A DNA stretch of 64,000 nucleotides, taken from positions 64,852,001 to 64,916,000 of the forward strand of contig OZ024744.1 in assembly GCA_964016885.1 (NCBI GenBank), given 5' to 3'. This DNA comes from Eledone cirrhosa. Taxonomy: Eukaryota. Made by a program: the position numbers and the translations under genes. Positions 38,030 through 51,395 of this stretch are shown piece by piece. Within the stretch, counting starts at the first letter, position 1. Each line of letters starts with the position of its first letter. Below the pieces are notes generated by a model. It did not search any database, was not told where the DNA came from, and worked only from the letters and a program-made list of their open reading frames with translations.

Positions 38030-39132
38030 AATACATACATACATGAGGATTGCAGTGTCTTCACAGATGATTGCCATCCCTTATTGTTTCTTCATTGTCA
38101 TCCCATCAGCATCCATGACTTCGTAGATAACCTTGTAGGCCAGCTGTAAATCTGCATGGTTATGACACAAGTGACAGAAGAGAGTTGTGCTTTCCACAGG
38201 ACCGGTGGTGTCACCCTGTGGGACACAATCTATATGTACCACCATGTGTCTTTTTAGCCCGGTGCTAGTTCTACACACTTTGTTGCATATCACGCACATT
38301 GTTTCACCAGGTCTTTGTTGAGTGGTGTTGCAGGTGGTTATTCTTTCATGTGACTTCAGGTGATTAATGGCACCAGCTTTTGAGAAGAATACACGTTGAC
38401 AGAATTTGCATATCCAACTATTGATGTCTTTATCAAGACTGAGCATAACCCTTCCGGAGCTGACGTTTCAGTTGTTTATGTTCTAGATGACATTCCTCAA
38501 AAGTTTTATAACTGCCCTTTATACACTTTCTCCACTCAACCCTATTTAGAGCTATCGCCTCCTAATTGTCTATATCAAATGCCAGATCTATGAGGTTGTC
38601 CTTGATGCTGTCCCTGAACCTCATTATTGGTTTGCATTGAGGCCTTTTTCCAAGATGGAGCTCACCGTAAAACAGTTGCTTCAGAATCCTGCTTTCTTTC
38701 ATGAGGACGATATGTCCTTTACAGCAGATTTGAGAAGTTACTTGAGGCTCAATGCTGAGACATTCTGCTTTGAAAAGTCCATGGATGTCAGGAGTTCTGT
38801 CTTGCCACTTGATGTTGAATATGCTCCTTAAACATTTCAGCTGAAACACTCAAGCAATTTGATGTGTTTGCGGGATAGCGTCCAGGTTTCGGTGGAGTAT
38901 AACAAAAACAGACAGAACACATGATCTATACACACACACCTTGGTATTGTTGGTAATGTTGTGATTTGCCCAAACTCTCTTTTCCAATTTTTCAAAGGCA
39001 ACAGAGGCCTTCTGGGTGTGCAGATGTATTGCAGCATCCAAGGAGCCATCATTTGACAATGTGCTATCCAAGTAGACAAATTTATCTACTACTCCCAACC
39101 TGATTCCATCAACCATGATATTGGGTTCAGTG
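38030..39132 (-). mobile_element. 5'-truncated RTE (BovB-like) LINE with three C-terminal zinc fingers
   Basis: VVDKFVYLDSTLS, KQLFYGELHLGKRPQCKP, CKFC..HLKSH, CVIC..GLKRHMVVH, CHLC. (TATG)n tail. Confidence 0.85.
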
Positions 39133-39737
39133 CATACATACATACATGATGATGGCTGCCCCCTCGTTATCGAGTATGGCCATTGCACGATATACCATTA
39201 TTAATAATTATTAATTAATTCTATCGTGCAATGCCTGTGCGTGAAGATATTTTTCAAAGTGAGGAAAGACTGTGCACTGAGCCAATCCCACTCTCTGAGT
39301 GACATTAGCTATAACCCGAAAAGAAGAAAAGATCAACATCATAGGTAACTACAGAGCCGCAGGTTTTATATCGGAGTTATCCTAGTTTCCTGAGTTGTCT
39401 ACTCCTAGAAGTGGTTTAACTGCGCGATCGGGTATCCAGCCCGACTATTTCTATGTCCCCGCACATATACACATACATGCACCCATGTATATACACATAT
39501 ACATATACATACATATGTACATGTGTATATACATATTTACACACTTTTGGATGGCCGTTGACCCTTATGAGTTCTTCCACCCTTTGTCAGGTTTTGTTTT
39601 TTGTCCTGCAGGGTGTCCCAAATCACCCTCCTCACAAAGTAAACTTGGTGGGGTTGCCGGTTTAATCGCCAACGACCGGACCATGCGACAGGTTGAACTG
39701 GGTTACATGTTACCAGTAGCACTCAAGAGTGACCCGA
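39133..39737 (-). mobile_element. Non-autonomous RTE derivative (5' UTR fused to 3' end)
   Basis: 39225-39455 matches the 5' UTR at 47258-47535; 39145-39191 matches the 3' end at 43308-43354. No ORF between. Confidence 0.8.
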
Positions 39738-42700
39738 CATACATACATCCATACATGATGGCTTCCTCCTCGTTATTGAGTATGGCCATCGCACAAGAAA
39801 AAAAAATATATATATATACATATATATTAATAACAATAATAATAATAATAACAACAATAATAATAACGACAACAACAACAATAATAATATATATATATAT
39901 ATATACACACACGTAAACATATCTATACACACATGATAGCAACTAACAGCGCTGCGATCGAATGTGGCTTTTTAGCCCAGCCAATGATCTAAAATGTCTT
40001 GCACAGAGTCGGCAACCAAAACATTCACTGGGAATAGTCGGCTGTGGTTGGAGTTTGTGTACTTTTGCATGTCGCTTGAGCCCTCCTGCTGATTTACATT
40101 CTCTACCACATGTTTGGCAAGCATGATGAGTAGCATCTCCAACAGCAGCCTGGTAGTCAACCACTGGTCTTACTTTATGACTGCGAAGATGACTTTCGAG
40201 TCCAGCTTTGCTTAGGCAGAGTCTCGCACAGACGCTGCATGTCAGCACCTTAGGAGGACCCTCGCCGTCTGGAAGTGCAACAGCAATGCCCTTCCTCACA
40301 TCCCGCTTTACTTTCTCATATGCGTTTCGAGATGCCTCAAAGGCAACTTTTCCCTCATATACAGTCTTTCTCCATTTATTACGATCAGCAGCAATATTTT
40401 CCCATGTATCAGCAGAGATGTTAGCGTCTTTCAAAGAGGCTTTCAAGGAATCCTTATACCTCTTTTTTGGTTTATGTGGCAGTCGTTTTTCTTTAACTAA
40501 CTCTCCATAAAAGAGTTGTTTTGGTATTCTAGAATCCTTCATCCTGGCAAGGTGACCACTCCAACGGAGTCGTTGCTTAAGCGCAAGAGCTTCTATACTA
40601 TCACACATAGATCTTTCCAAAATCTCGAACTGATGTGGTCCCTCCAGTGAACGCCATGGATCTGTCTGAGACACATCTGATGGAAACGCTCCAATTGCTT
40701 AAGTTGGTGTCGATATATGACCCAGGTCTCGCAGGCATAAAGAAGAGAAGAGAGCACACATGCCTTGTACACCTTTACCTTTATCTTTCTAGCTTTCCAA
40801 AAGCATCACTTGCTTTCCTAATCCTAAGTGAGATTTCACTATCAAGGTTGCTGTATCGATTGACAGTGCTTCCCAGGTAGACAAGTCGTTTACCATACAC
40901 ATAGATATTTGGTTCACTGTACTGCTTACCAGGGGAAGGTTGGTACATGACGACGGTTTTCTTGAGACTGACAGTCAATCCTAAGGCAGTGCAAGCATAA
41001 GAAAATACATTCAAAATGTGCTGCATATCACTCTCTGTGTGCGCTACAAGATCGCAATCATCTGCATACAAGAGGTCTATTATGATTGATGTAAATACTT
41101 TTGTTTTTGCAGCAAAGTGCCTGATGTTAAATATGCTGCCTGAGGTTCGATATCGGATGTAAACATCATGCTCACAATTCCTGAATGCAATACAGAAAAC
41201 CATTGCAAAGTATATGGCAAACAGGGTCGGTGCTGGAATATCCCCGTTTCACTCCATTTTTTACTGAGATAGGCTCCGACATATTACCTCTGACATTAAC
41301 CCAAGCCTTCATGTCGTCATGGAAAGACCTAACTAAAGCAAGGAACTTATCAGGGCAACCAAGTTTCTGGAGAACCTTCCATAATGCATTTCTATTAACA
41401 GTATCGAAAGCTTTTGTCAGATCGACAAAAACCTGATACAGAGCCAAACCTTGTTCAATGCACTTCTCCTGGAGCTGTCTAGCTGAGAAGATCATATCAG
41501 TAGTGCCGCGTCCAGCACGAAAACCAGATTGACTTTCAGGAAGAACACAATCTGCAATGTGTGTCAGCAGACGGTCCAGAAGCACTCTACATAAAACTTT
41601 CCCTACGACAGAAAGCAATGATATACCTCTGTAGTTCCCACAATCATTCCTGTTACCCTTTCGCTTGTACAAGACCACCATTACTGCATCTCTCCAGTCA
41701 TCAGGTATGGATTCATTAGCCCATATCCTGCCAAACAAAGAGTGAAGATGTTGCAGGAGTCTCTCACCACCATATTGTAGGAGCTCTGCATGTTTGCCAT
41801 CCATACCTGGAGACCTTCCACTGTTCAGCTTTGAGATAGCCACTGCAACCTCCACAAGCGTCGGAGGTTCTGCAAAAGCTACTTTCACAGGACTTTCTGG
41901 AATGAGATTGAGGAAATCTTCATTGACGACAGACGGCTGATTCAAAAGTTCATGAAAGTGCTCTCGCCACCTTCATAGAATTCCTTGTGAGTCACGAAGA
42001 AGTTCTTTGCCATCCTTGCTGCGAAGCGGTGTCACCAGAGAAGAAGACGGTCCATAAACTTCATGCAAGAGACTGTACAACAGCTTTGTGTTATTAGAAT
42101 CTGACGCAGTTTGTATCTCATCAGCCTTCTCACTCCACCACTGATCCTTCATCTGAGAAAGACTCCGCCTCACACGTGATTTCACATCCTTGAGTTCCTT
42201 ATGCAACATATTCTTCTCCTATGGTTTTGTCGTCAAGTAGCGTGACAGAGCATGCCTCTTATCAGCCACCAAGTCTTCTATAAGTTCATCATTCTCATTA
42301 AACCAGCCTTGATGTTTTCTCTGCACCAATCCCAGAACATGCCTGCCTACATCATAAACTGACTTTTTAAGGGTCGGCCAATCCTCACCAAGATCTGCAG
42401 CCTGCATCTCTTCTCGCAATGTCCTCTTCACATCTTTATCCCTAAAACGAGCAGCATTCAATCTTCTAGGCAGGGCAACACCAGGAGCCCGGATTTTACG
42501 TTTAGTGATTAGTTTCACTTTTGCGCATAGTAGACGGTGGTCCGTCCAGCACTCAGCTCCACAAAGAGCACGAACACACTGCACATCCCGTCTGTCACGC
42601 ATCCTGACTAGGAAGTAGTCCAAAAGATGCCATTCCTTAGATGCAGGATGCATCCATGTAGTTTTAAATTTGTTCTTTTGTTGGAACATGGTGTTGGTAG

Positions 42701-42738
42701 CACACAGATCCAGCTCCTCACACATCTGCAGCAGGAGC
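39738..42738 (-). mobile_element. RTE (BovB-like) LINE copy 1, 5'-truncated within the endonuclease
   Basis: ORFs 42219..42788, 41973..42209, 41172..41945 (RT), 40781..41203 (LLYADD) and 39943..40674 (three C2H2 fingers). Highly similar to copy 2. Confidence 0.95.
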
Positions 42739-43210
42739 ATACATACACACATACATACATACGGACATACATACATATATACATACATACATGTATGGTG
42801 GCTGCCAACTCGTTTTTGAATACGGCCACTACTTTATATCCATGTAGGAGAACCCCTACCAATGCGCTGAACAAGTGTGACTTTTTAGTCCAGCCAGCGA
42901 CTTGAAAACTCAGGTACAAACACTACACTTGTGACAATTATTGACACATAGTGCTGGGCCCATGGTACCATGTGACGACAAGTGCAGCGAGATCTCCAGA
43001 TATAAAGCAATGCCTGTGCCGTGAAGCTTTTATAGTGAGCAAAGGCACTGCACAAAGCCAGTCCCACTCTCTTAACCAAGATGATATTTACCAAAAAGAA
43101 GAACAAGTCAACATCATTGGATACCATCAGGGTTGCAGGTGTTATATCAGAGTTTTCCTTCTCCTAGAATTCTGCCTTGACAAAGGCTAAGGGGTCATCT
43201 CTCCCGGAGA
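42739..43210 (-). mobile_element. Short non-autonomous RTE-derived element (Bov-A-like). Other copies: 47795-48456 (longest) and 48457-48882
   Basis: Three near-identical copies. The 5' part is homologous to the RTE 5' UTR; the 3' end GGCCGTA(T/C)TC(A/G)AAAACGAGTTGGCAGCCACCAT-(TATG)n resembles the RTE 3' end. Confidence 0.8.
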
Positions 43211-43441
43211 TACATACATACACACATACATACATACAATCATACATACATACATACACACATACATACAATCATACATACATACATACATACAATCATA
43301 CATACATACATGATGATGGCTGCCCCCTCGTTATCGAGTATGGCCATTGCACGAGAAAAAAAAAAATAAATAAAAATAAAAATAAAAATAAAAATAAAAA
43401 TAAAAATAAAAATAAAATAAAATAAAATAAAATAATAATTG

Positions 43442-43478
<37 letters not shown>

Positions 43479-43570
43479 GAAATATATATATATATATAGA
43501 TGCATACATATATACATACACACATACATACACATACACACACACATATACACACACATACATTAATAAC

Positions 43571-43603
<33 letters not shown>

Positions 43604-46600
43604 GACAACAACAATAATAATATACATATTCATATATATATACACACACACGCACGCACATAAGCATATCTACACACACACACACACACACGATAGCAAT
43701 TAACAGTGCTGCGATCGAATGTGGCTTTTTAGCCCAGCCAATGATCTAAAACGTCTTGCACGGAGTCGGCAACCAAAACATTCACTGGGAATAGTCGGCT
43801 GTGGTTGGAGTTCGTGTACTTTTGCATGTCGCTTGAGCCCTCCTGCTGATTTACATTCTCTACCACATGTTTGGCAAGCATGATGAGTAGCATCTCCAAC
43901 AGCAGCCTGGTAGTCAACCACTGGTCTTACTTCATGACTGCGAAGATGACTTCCGAGTCCAGCTTTGCTTAGGCAGAGTCTCGCACAGACGCGGCATGTC
44001 AGCACCATAGGAGAACCCTCGCCGTCTGGAAGTGCAACAGCAATGCCCTTCCTCACATCCCGCTTTACTTTCTCGTGTGCGATTCGAGATGCCTCAAAGG
44101 CAACTTTTCCCTCATATACAGTCTTTCTCCATTTATTACGATCAGCAGCAATATTTTCCCATGTATCAGCAGAGATGTTAGCGTCTTTCAGAGAGGCTTT
44201 CAAGGAATCCTTATACCTCTTTTTGGTTTATGTGGCGGTCGTTTTCCTTTAACCAACTCTCCATAGAAGAGTTGTTTTGGTGACCACTCCAACGGAGTCG
44301 TTGCTTAAGCACAAGAGCTTCTATACTGTCACACATAGAGCTTTCCAACATCTCGACATCACTGATGTGGTCCCTCCAGTGAACGCCATGGATCCGTCTG
44401 AGACACATCTGGAAACGCTCCAATTGCTTAAGGTGGTGTCGATATGTGACCCAGGTCTCGCAGGCATAAAGAAGACAAGAGAGTACACATGCCCTGTACA
44501 CCTTTACCTTTGTCCTCCTGCATATGTCTCGCCGACCCCAGAGTCACCTTTCTAGCTTTCCGAAAGCATCACTTGCTTTCCTAATCCTAAGTGAGATTTC
44601 ACTGTCAAGGTTGCCGTATCGATTGACAGTGCTTCCCAGGTAGACAAACTGATCAACCACTCCAAGTCGTTTGCCATACACATAGATGTTTGGTTCAGTG
44701 TACTGCTTACTAGGGGCAGGTTGGTACATGACAACGGTTTTCTTGAGAGTGACAGTCAAACTCAGGGCAGTGCAAGTGTCAGAAAATGCATTCAAAATGT
44801 GCTGCATATCACTCTCTGTGTGCGCTACAAGATCGCAATCATCTGCATACAAGAGGTCTCTTATGATTGATGTAAATACTTTTGTCTTCGCAGCAAAGCG
44901 CCTGATGTTAAATATGCTGCCTGAGGTTCGATATCGGATGTAAACACCATGCTCGCAATTCCTGAATGCAATACAGAAAACCATTGCAAAGTATATGGCA
45001 AACAGGGTCGGTGCTGGAATATCCCCCTGTTTCACTCCATTTTTTACTGAGATAGGCTCCGACATGTTACCTCCGACATTAACCCAAGCCTTCATGTCGT
45101 CATGGAAAGACCTAACTAAAGCAAGGAACTTATCAGGGCAACCAAGTTTCTGGAGAACCTTCCATAATGCATCTCTGTTGACAGTATCGAAAGCCTTTGT
45201 CAGATCGACAAAAACCTGATACAGAGCCAAGCCTTGTTCAATGGACTTCTCCTGGAGCTGTCTAGCTGAGAAGATCATATCAGTAGTGCCGCGTCCAGCA
45301 TGAAAACCAGATTGACTTTCAGGAAGAACACAATCTGCAATGTGTGTCAGCAGACGGTCCAGAAGCACCCTACATAAAACTTTCCCTACGACAGAAAGCA
45401 ATGATATACCTCTGTAGTTCCCACAATCATTCCTGTTACCCTTTCCCTTGTACAAGACCACCATTACTGCATCTCTCCAGTCTTCAGGTACGGATTCATT
45501 AGCCCATATCCTTCCAAACAAAGAGTGCAGATGTTGCAGGAGTCTCTCAACACCATATTGTAGGAGCTCAGCATGTATGCCATCCATACCTGGAGATCTT
45601 CCACTGTTCAGCTTTGAAATAGCCACTGCAACCTCCACAAGCATCGGAGGTTCTGCGAGAGTTACTTTCACAGGACTCTCTGGAATGAGATTGAGGAAAT
45701 CTTCACTGACGACAGACGGCTGATTCAAAAGAATTCCCTGTGAGTCACGAAGAAGTTCTTTGCCATCCTTGCTGCGAAGCGGTGTCACCAGAGAAGAAGA
45801 CGGTCCATAAACCTCACGCAAGAGACTGTACAACAGCTTTGTGTTATTGGAATCAGACGCAGTTTGTATCTCACCAGCCTTCTCACTCCACCACTGATCC
45901 TTCATCTGAGAAAGACTCCGCCTCACACGTGATTTTACATCCTTGAGCTCCTCATGCAACATATTCCTCTCCTGTGGTTTTGCTGTCAAGTAGCGTGACA
46001 GAGCACGCCTCTTATCAGCCAACAAGTCTTCTATATGTACATCATTCTCATTAAACCAGTCCCGATGTTTTCTCTGCACCAATCCCAGAACACGCCTGCC
46101 TACATCATAAACTGACTTTTTAAGGGTCGGCCAATCCTCACCAAGATCTGCAGCCTGCATCTCTCCTTCCAATGTCCTCTTCACATTTTTATCCTTAAGA
46201 CGAGCAGCATTCAATCTTTTGGGCAGGGTAACACCAGGAGCCCGGATTTTACGTTTGGTGATTAGTTTCACTTTTGCGCATACCAGGCGGTGGTCCGTCC
46301 AGCACTCAGTTCCTGTCGGTCACGCATCCTGTCTGTCACGCATCCTGACTAGGACGTAGTCCAAAAGATGCCATTCCTTAGATGCAGGATGCATCCATGT
46401 GGTCTTGAATTTGTTCTTTTGTTGGAACATGGTGTTGGTAACACACAGATCCAGCTCCTCACACATCTGCAGCAGGAGAATACCATTGCTGTTACACTTT
46501 CCCACCCCATGCCTTCCGATTACATTCCATGTGTTAAAATCCCTACCCACTCTAGCATTAAAGTCACCAAGCACGATGACTTTGTCTGCCTGAGGGATAT

Positions 46601-47535
46601 TTCTTAGAACACCTTTCAAGGCATGGTAAAAGGACAGTTTTTCTTCATCGCCAGAATTCATAGTTGGAGCATACACACTCACCAGGGTAGCATATCTTCC
46701 CTTGTCCAGCGGAACTCTCATGGACATAAGACGCTCACTAATCCCTACTGGGAATTCTTCTAATTTATTCACAAGTACAGTCTTAACAGCATCTACCCCA
46801 GCCTCTCTTCTGGTTCCTTCATCTCTTCCTTTCCAGAAGAATGTATATTCTCCACAAAATTCCGTAAGATGACCATCTCCAGCTAACCTCGTCTCAGATA
46901 AAGCTACGATGTCAAGATCGTAACGTCGAAGCTCCTTTGTAACAAGAGCGGTCCTTCGTTCAGGACGCTCCAAGGAATCCCTGTCAAGCAGCGTCCGTAC
47001 GTTCCAGCAGCCAAGACTAAATGCCTTGTTTGGCTCTATTACAATGGCACGATGACGAGCAGGCCCAGGCTGTGATAACTTGGGGCCCCTGCCCTTATTG
47101 CCAATGATCTTTTTTGTTCCAGAACCTAAATTGCCAATTATCTCGTTTACATTGTTCTGGAACATCATTGAATTGGAAAAAAAAAAAAAAAAAAAGTAAT
47201 AATAATAGTAATAATAATAATAATAATAATAGTACACTATTAATAATTATTAATGCACTCGTGCAATGCCTGTGCGTGACGAATATTTTTAAAGTGAGGA
47301 AAGACTGTGCACTGAGCCAATCCCACTCTCTGAGCGACAGTAGCTATAACCCGAAAAGAAGAAAAGATCAACATCATCGGTAACTACTGAGCCGCACGTT
47401 TTATGTCGGAGTTAACCCAGTTTCCTGAGATGCCTTCTCCTAGAAGAATGCCCTGACAAGGGCTAGGGGTTCTTCACTCCCAGTGGTTTAACTGCGCGAT
47501 CGGGCATCCAGCCCGATTATTTCTATGTCCCCGCG
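43211..47535 (-). mobile_element. Near full-length RTE (BovB-like) LINE copy 2: AP endonuclease, RT and three C2H2 fingers, with a few small deletions and frameshifts
   Basis: ORF 46320..47237 (GCWNVRTL, ALSETRL, SVYAPT, LGDFNARVG, HLLDYVL); ORF 44544..46271 (NYRGISLL, QSGF, FVDLTKAFDTV, GVKQG, LLYADD, YLGS); ORFs 44211..44501 and 43700..44203. Confidence 0.96.
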
Positions 47536-47793
47536 CAAAAAAAAAAAAAAAAAAAAAAAAAAACTCACTTATTGACACTTATACGTACGACATACACACA
47601 CGTATACATATGCGCGCACACAGCAACACATACAAACAAACACACACACACGCTACTCTACTCACTTACACACACACACACATATATATATATATATTAC
47701 CGTCATTACTGATACAAGATTACAAGATTATGTCAACTGTTGACTTTCAAGAGTTTATATAGTTGAAGCCGATCGTATTACAGTCCAGTATTA

Positions 47794-47824
<31 letters not shown>

Positions 47825-49189
47825 CACACATACATACAATCATACAATCATGGTGGCTGCCAACTCGTTTTCGAGTACGGCCACTACTTTATATCCATGT
47901 AGGAGAACCCCTACTGATGCGCTGAACGAGTGTGACTTTTTAGTCCAGCCTGCGACTTGAAAACTCTGGAACAAACACTACACTTGTGACAATTATTGAC
48001 ACATAGTACTGGGCCCATGGTACCATGTGATGACAAGTGCAGAGAGATCTCCAGATATAAAGCAATGCCTGTGCCGTGAAGCTTTTATAGTGAGCAAAGG
48101 CACTGCACAAAGCTAGTCCCACTCTCTTAACTAAGATGATATTTACCAAAAAGAAGACCAAGTCAACATCATTGGATACCATCAGGGTTGCAGGTGTTAT
48201 ATCAGAGTTTTCCTTCTCCTAGAATTCTGCCTTGACAAAGGCTAAGGGGTTATCTCTCCCGGTGATTTTGGATGGCCATTGACTCTTTAGAGCTCCTTTG
48301 CCCTTTGACAGGTTTTGTTTTTAGTCCTGCAGGATGTCCAGTCACCCTCCTCACCAAGAAACCTTGGTGGGGTTGCCAGTTTCGTCGCCAACGACCCGAC
48401 CATGAGACAGGTTGTACTGGGATACATGTTACCAGTAGCACCAACCAGTAGCACCAACACATACAATCATACATACATACATGGTGGCTGCCAACTCGTT
48501 TTCGAGTACGGCCACCACTTTATATCCATGTAGGAGAGCCCCTATCGATACGCTGAACGAGTGTGACTTTTTAGTCCAGCCAGCGACTTGAAAACTCTGG
48601 TACAAACACTACACTTGTGACAATTATTGACACATAGTGCTGGGCCCATGGTAACATGTGATGACAAGTGCAGAGAGATCTCCAGATATAAAGCAATGCC
48701 TGTGCCGTGAAGCTTTTATAGTGAGCAAAGGCACTGCACAAAGCCAGTCCCACTCTCCTAACCAAGATGATATTTACCAAAAAGAAGAACAAGTCAACAT
48801 CATTGGATACCATCAGAGTTGCAGGTGTTATATCAGAGTTTTCCTTCTCCTAGAATTCTGCCTTGACAAAGGCTAAGGGGTCATACATACATACATACAT
48901 ACACACATACATACACATATACACACATACAATCATACATATATACATACATACAATCATACATACATACATACATGCATACATACATACATACATACAT
49001 ACAATCATACATATATACATACAATCATACATACATCCATATTTTCCAGCCCTTTGATTATAGTGCTAACCTCATCAGAATTTCCAAGCAACAATAACAA
49101 CAATGGTGGCAGCAACAGTAGCAACAGTAACAGCAGCAGCAACAGCAACAACGTCAGCAACAACACCAAATTTTCTTCTTCTTCTTCTT

Positions 49190-49253
<64 letters not shown>

Positions 49254-49706
49254 GGCGGTGGATTGGCAGTATTGGTAGAGGGTCGGACGCCATGCTTTGC
49301 AGCATAGAGTTACGGCCCTTTATGATCTGAGTTCAAATCCTGCCAAGGTCAACTTTGCCTTTCATCCTTACGGGGTCGATAAAATAAAGTACCAGTAATG
49401 CACTGGGTTATTGCTGGCCTTGTGCCTAACGTAGAAACAATTATTAGAGAATAATAATAATAATTGTTTCTACTTTAGGCACAAGGCCAGCAATAACCCA
49501 GTGCATTACTGGTACTTTATTTTATCGACCCCGTAAGGATGAAAGGCAAAGTTGACCTCGGCGGGATTTGAACTCAGAATAATAATAATAATAATTATTA
49601 TTATTATTCTCTTTCTCATCCTCCTCCTCTTCCCCTCCTCCACCTCCTCACTCCCCCATCACCCCTCTCCCACTCCTCATCTTCTTCCCCCTCTTCATCC
49701 GCCTCT

Positions 49707-49738
<32 letters not shown>

Positions 49739-50748
49739 TTCCTCCTCCCCATCCTCCTCCTCCCCATCTCCTCATTTTCCTCATATCTTCCTCCTTCTCC
49801 CCATCTCCTCATTTTCCTCATATCTTCCTCCTTCTCCCCCTCCTCCTCCTTTTCCTCATATCTTTCTCCTCCTCCATTTCCTCTGCCCCTCCCCCCCTGC
49901 TCCCCCCCCCCCCTCATCATCATCATGATTCAACCCCCCTGCTCCCCCTGTCCTCCTCCTCCTCCAAAATTGCACTAAATCACCCCCAGGGGTTTTGGTA
50001 CACACACCAAGCAGGAAAGGTAATTTTGCAACATTGCTCCACTGAAACCGGACCAATGTTGCTGACTTTTCTAACTTATAACATCCAACCTTTTCAGTCA
50101 CATGCCTTTTTTTTTTCTTCTTATGTTATTTTTGTTATTATTTCTCATAGGAGGGCGGTGGGATGGAAGTATCGGTAGAGATTCGGACGCCATGCTTTGC
50201 AGCATAGAGTTACGGCCCTTTATGATCTGAGTTCAAATCCTGCCAAGGTTAAATTTGCCTTTCATCCTTACGGGGGTCGATAAAATAAAGTACCAGTAAT
50301 GCACTGGGGTCGATTTAATCGACCCCCCCCCCCCCCCCACCTCCCACAAAATCGATGGCCTTGTGTCTAGTTCAAATCCCGCCAAGGTTAACTTTGCCTT
50401 TCATCCTTACGGGGTCGATAAAATAAAATACCAGTAATGCACTGGAGATAATTACTGGCCTTGTGCCAATATAAGAAACAATTATTTCTCATAGGATAAC
50501 AACAAGAAATAATTGTTTCTACTTTTGGCACCAGGCCAGCAATTACCCAGTACATTACTGGTACTTTATTTTATCGACCCCGTAAGGATGAAAGGCAAAG
50601 TTAACCTCGGCGGGATTTGAACTCAGACTGTAATATTAACAATAATTAAAACAACAACAATAACAACAATAAGAGCAACAGCAGCAGCAGCAGCAGCAAC
50701 AACAACAACAACAATAACAACAATAAGAGCAGCAGCAGCAGTAGCACC

Positions 50749-50808
<60 letters not shown>

Positions 50809-51027
50809 AACAGCAACAATGACAACAATAACAACAATAACAACAATAAGAGAAACAGCAGCAATAACAACAACAACAACAACTACAATAACAACAATAA
50901 GAGCAGCAGCAGCAATAACAACGACAGCAACAACAGCTATACTACTACTACTACTCCTACTACTGCTGCTGCTGCTGCTACTGATGCTGCTGCTGCTACT
51001 ACTGCTGCTGCTGCTGCTGCTGTTGTA

Positions 51028-51395
51028 GTCAAAAACCACAAAGAAAAAAATGCCTTCTAATAGATGTATGAATCCCCACAGACGACAATATATCTTCCAA
51101 GGAAATAGAGGAACTCTTCAAATATAAAGATCTAGAGATATAAATAACTCTAATGTGGAAAATGAAAACAGAAACAATACCTATAATAATAGGTGCTCTG
51201 GGAATGATAAAACAACACACAGACAAATACAAAGCCGAAACCACAGGACTTACAAATATATACAGCATACAAAAGATAGCAAGCACTACTAGGCACTGCA
51301 CACATATTACGAAAAGTACTATCAATACAATAGAAACAACATCAGCAAAAACTACACTGCTCATACCAAGGTGCATAGAGCTGTGCGTCTGATAG
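51028..51395 (+). mobile_element. R4/Dong RLE C-terminal fragment
   Basis: KKCLLIDV*IPTDDNISSKE..KYKDL..MWKMKTETIPIIIGALGMIK..IQKIA. Confidence 0.8.

Noticed and set aside
39943-40674. Host C2H2 zinc-finger gene
   Set aside because: The fingers are in frame with the LINE ORF, lack TGEKP linkers and are followed by the element tail.
48340-48445. HDV-like or twister ribozyme at the RTE-type 5' end (also 39650-39737)
   Set aside because: Partial fit only (CCAGT/ACTGG, GG, a TCG-TTGG-CGA hairpin, CGAA). I could not build P3/L3, and the other copy lacks the candidate catalytic C. Needs a covariance-model search.
49054-51039. Long low-complexity ORFs (poly-L/V/S/P/I), also at 25069, 43240-43700, 54021-54999 and 59074
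   Set aside because: Translations of trinucleotide and dinucleotide microsatellites with no domain content.
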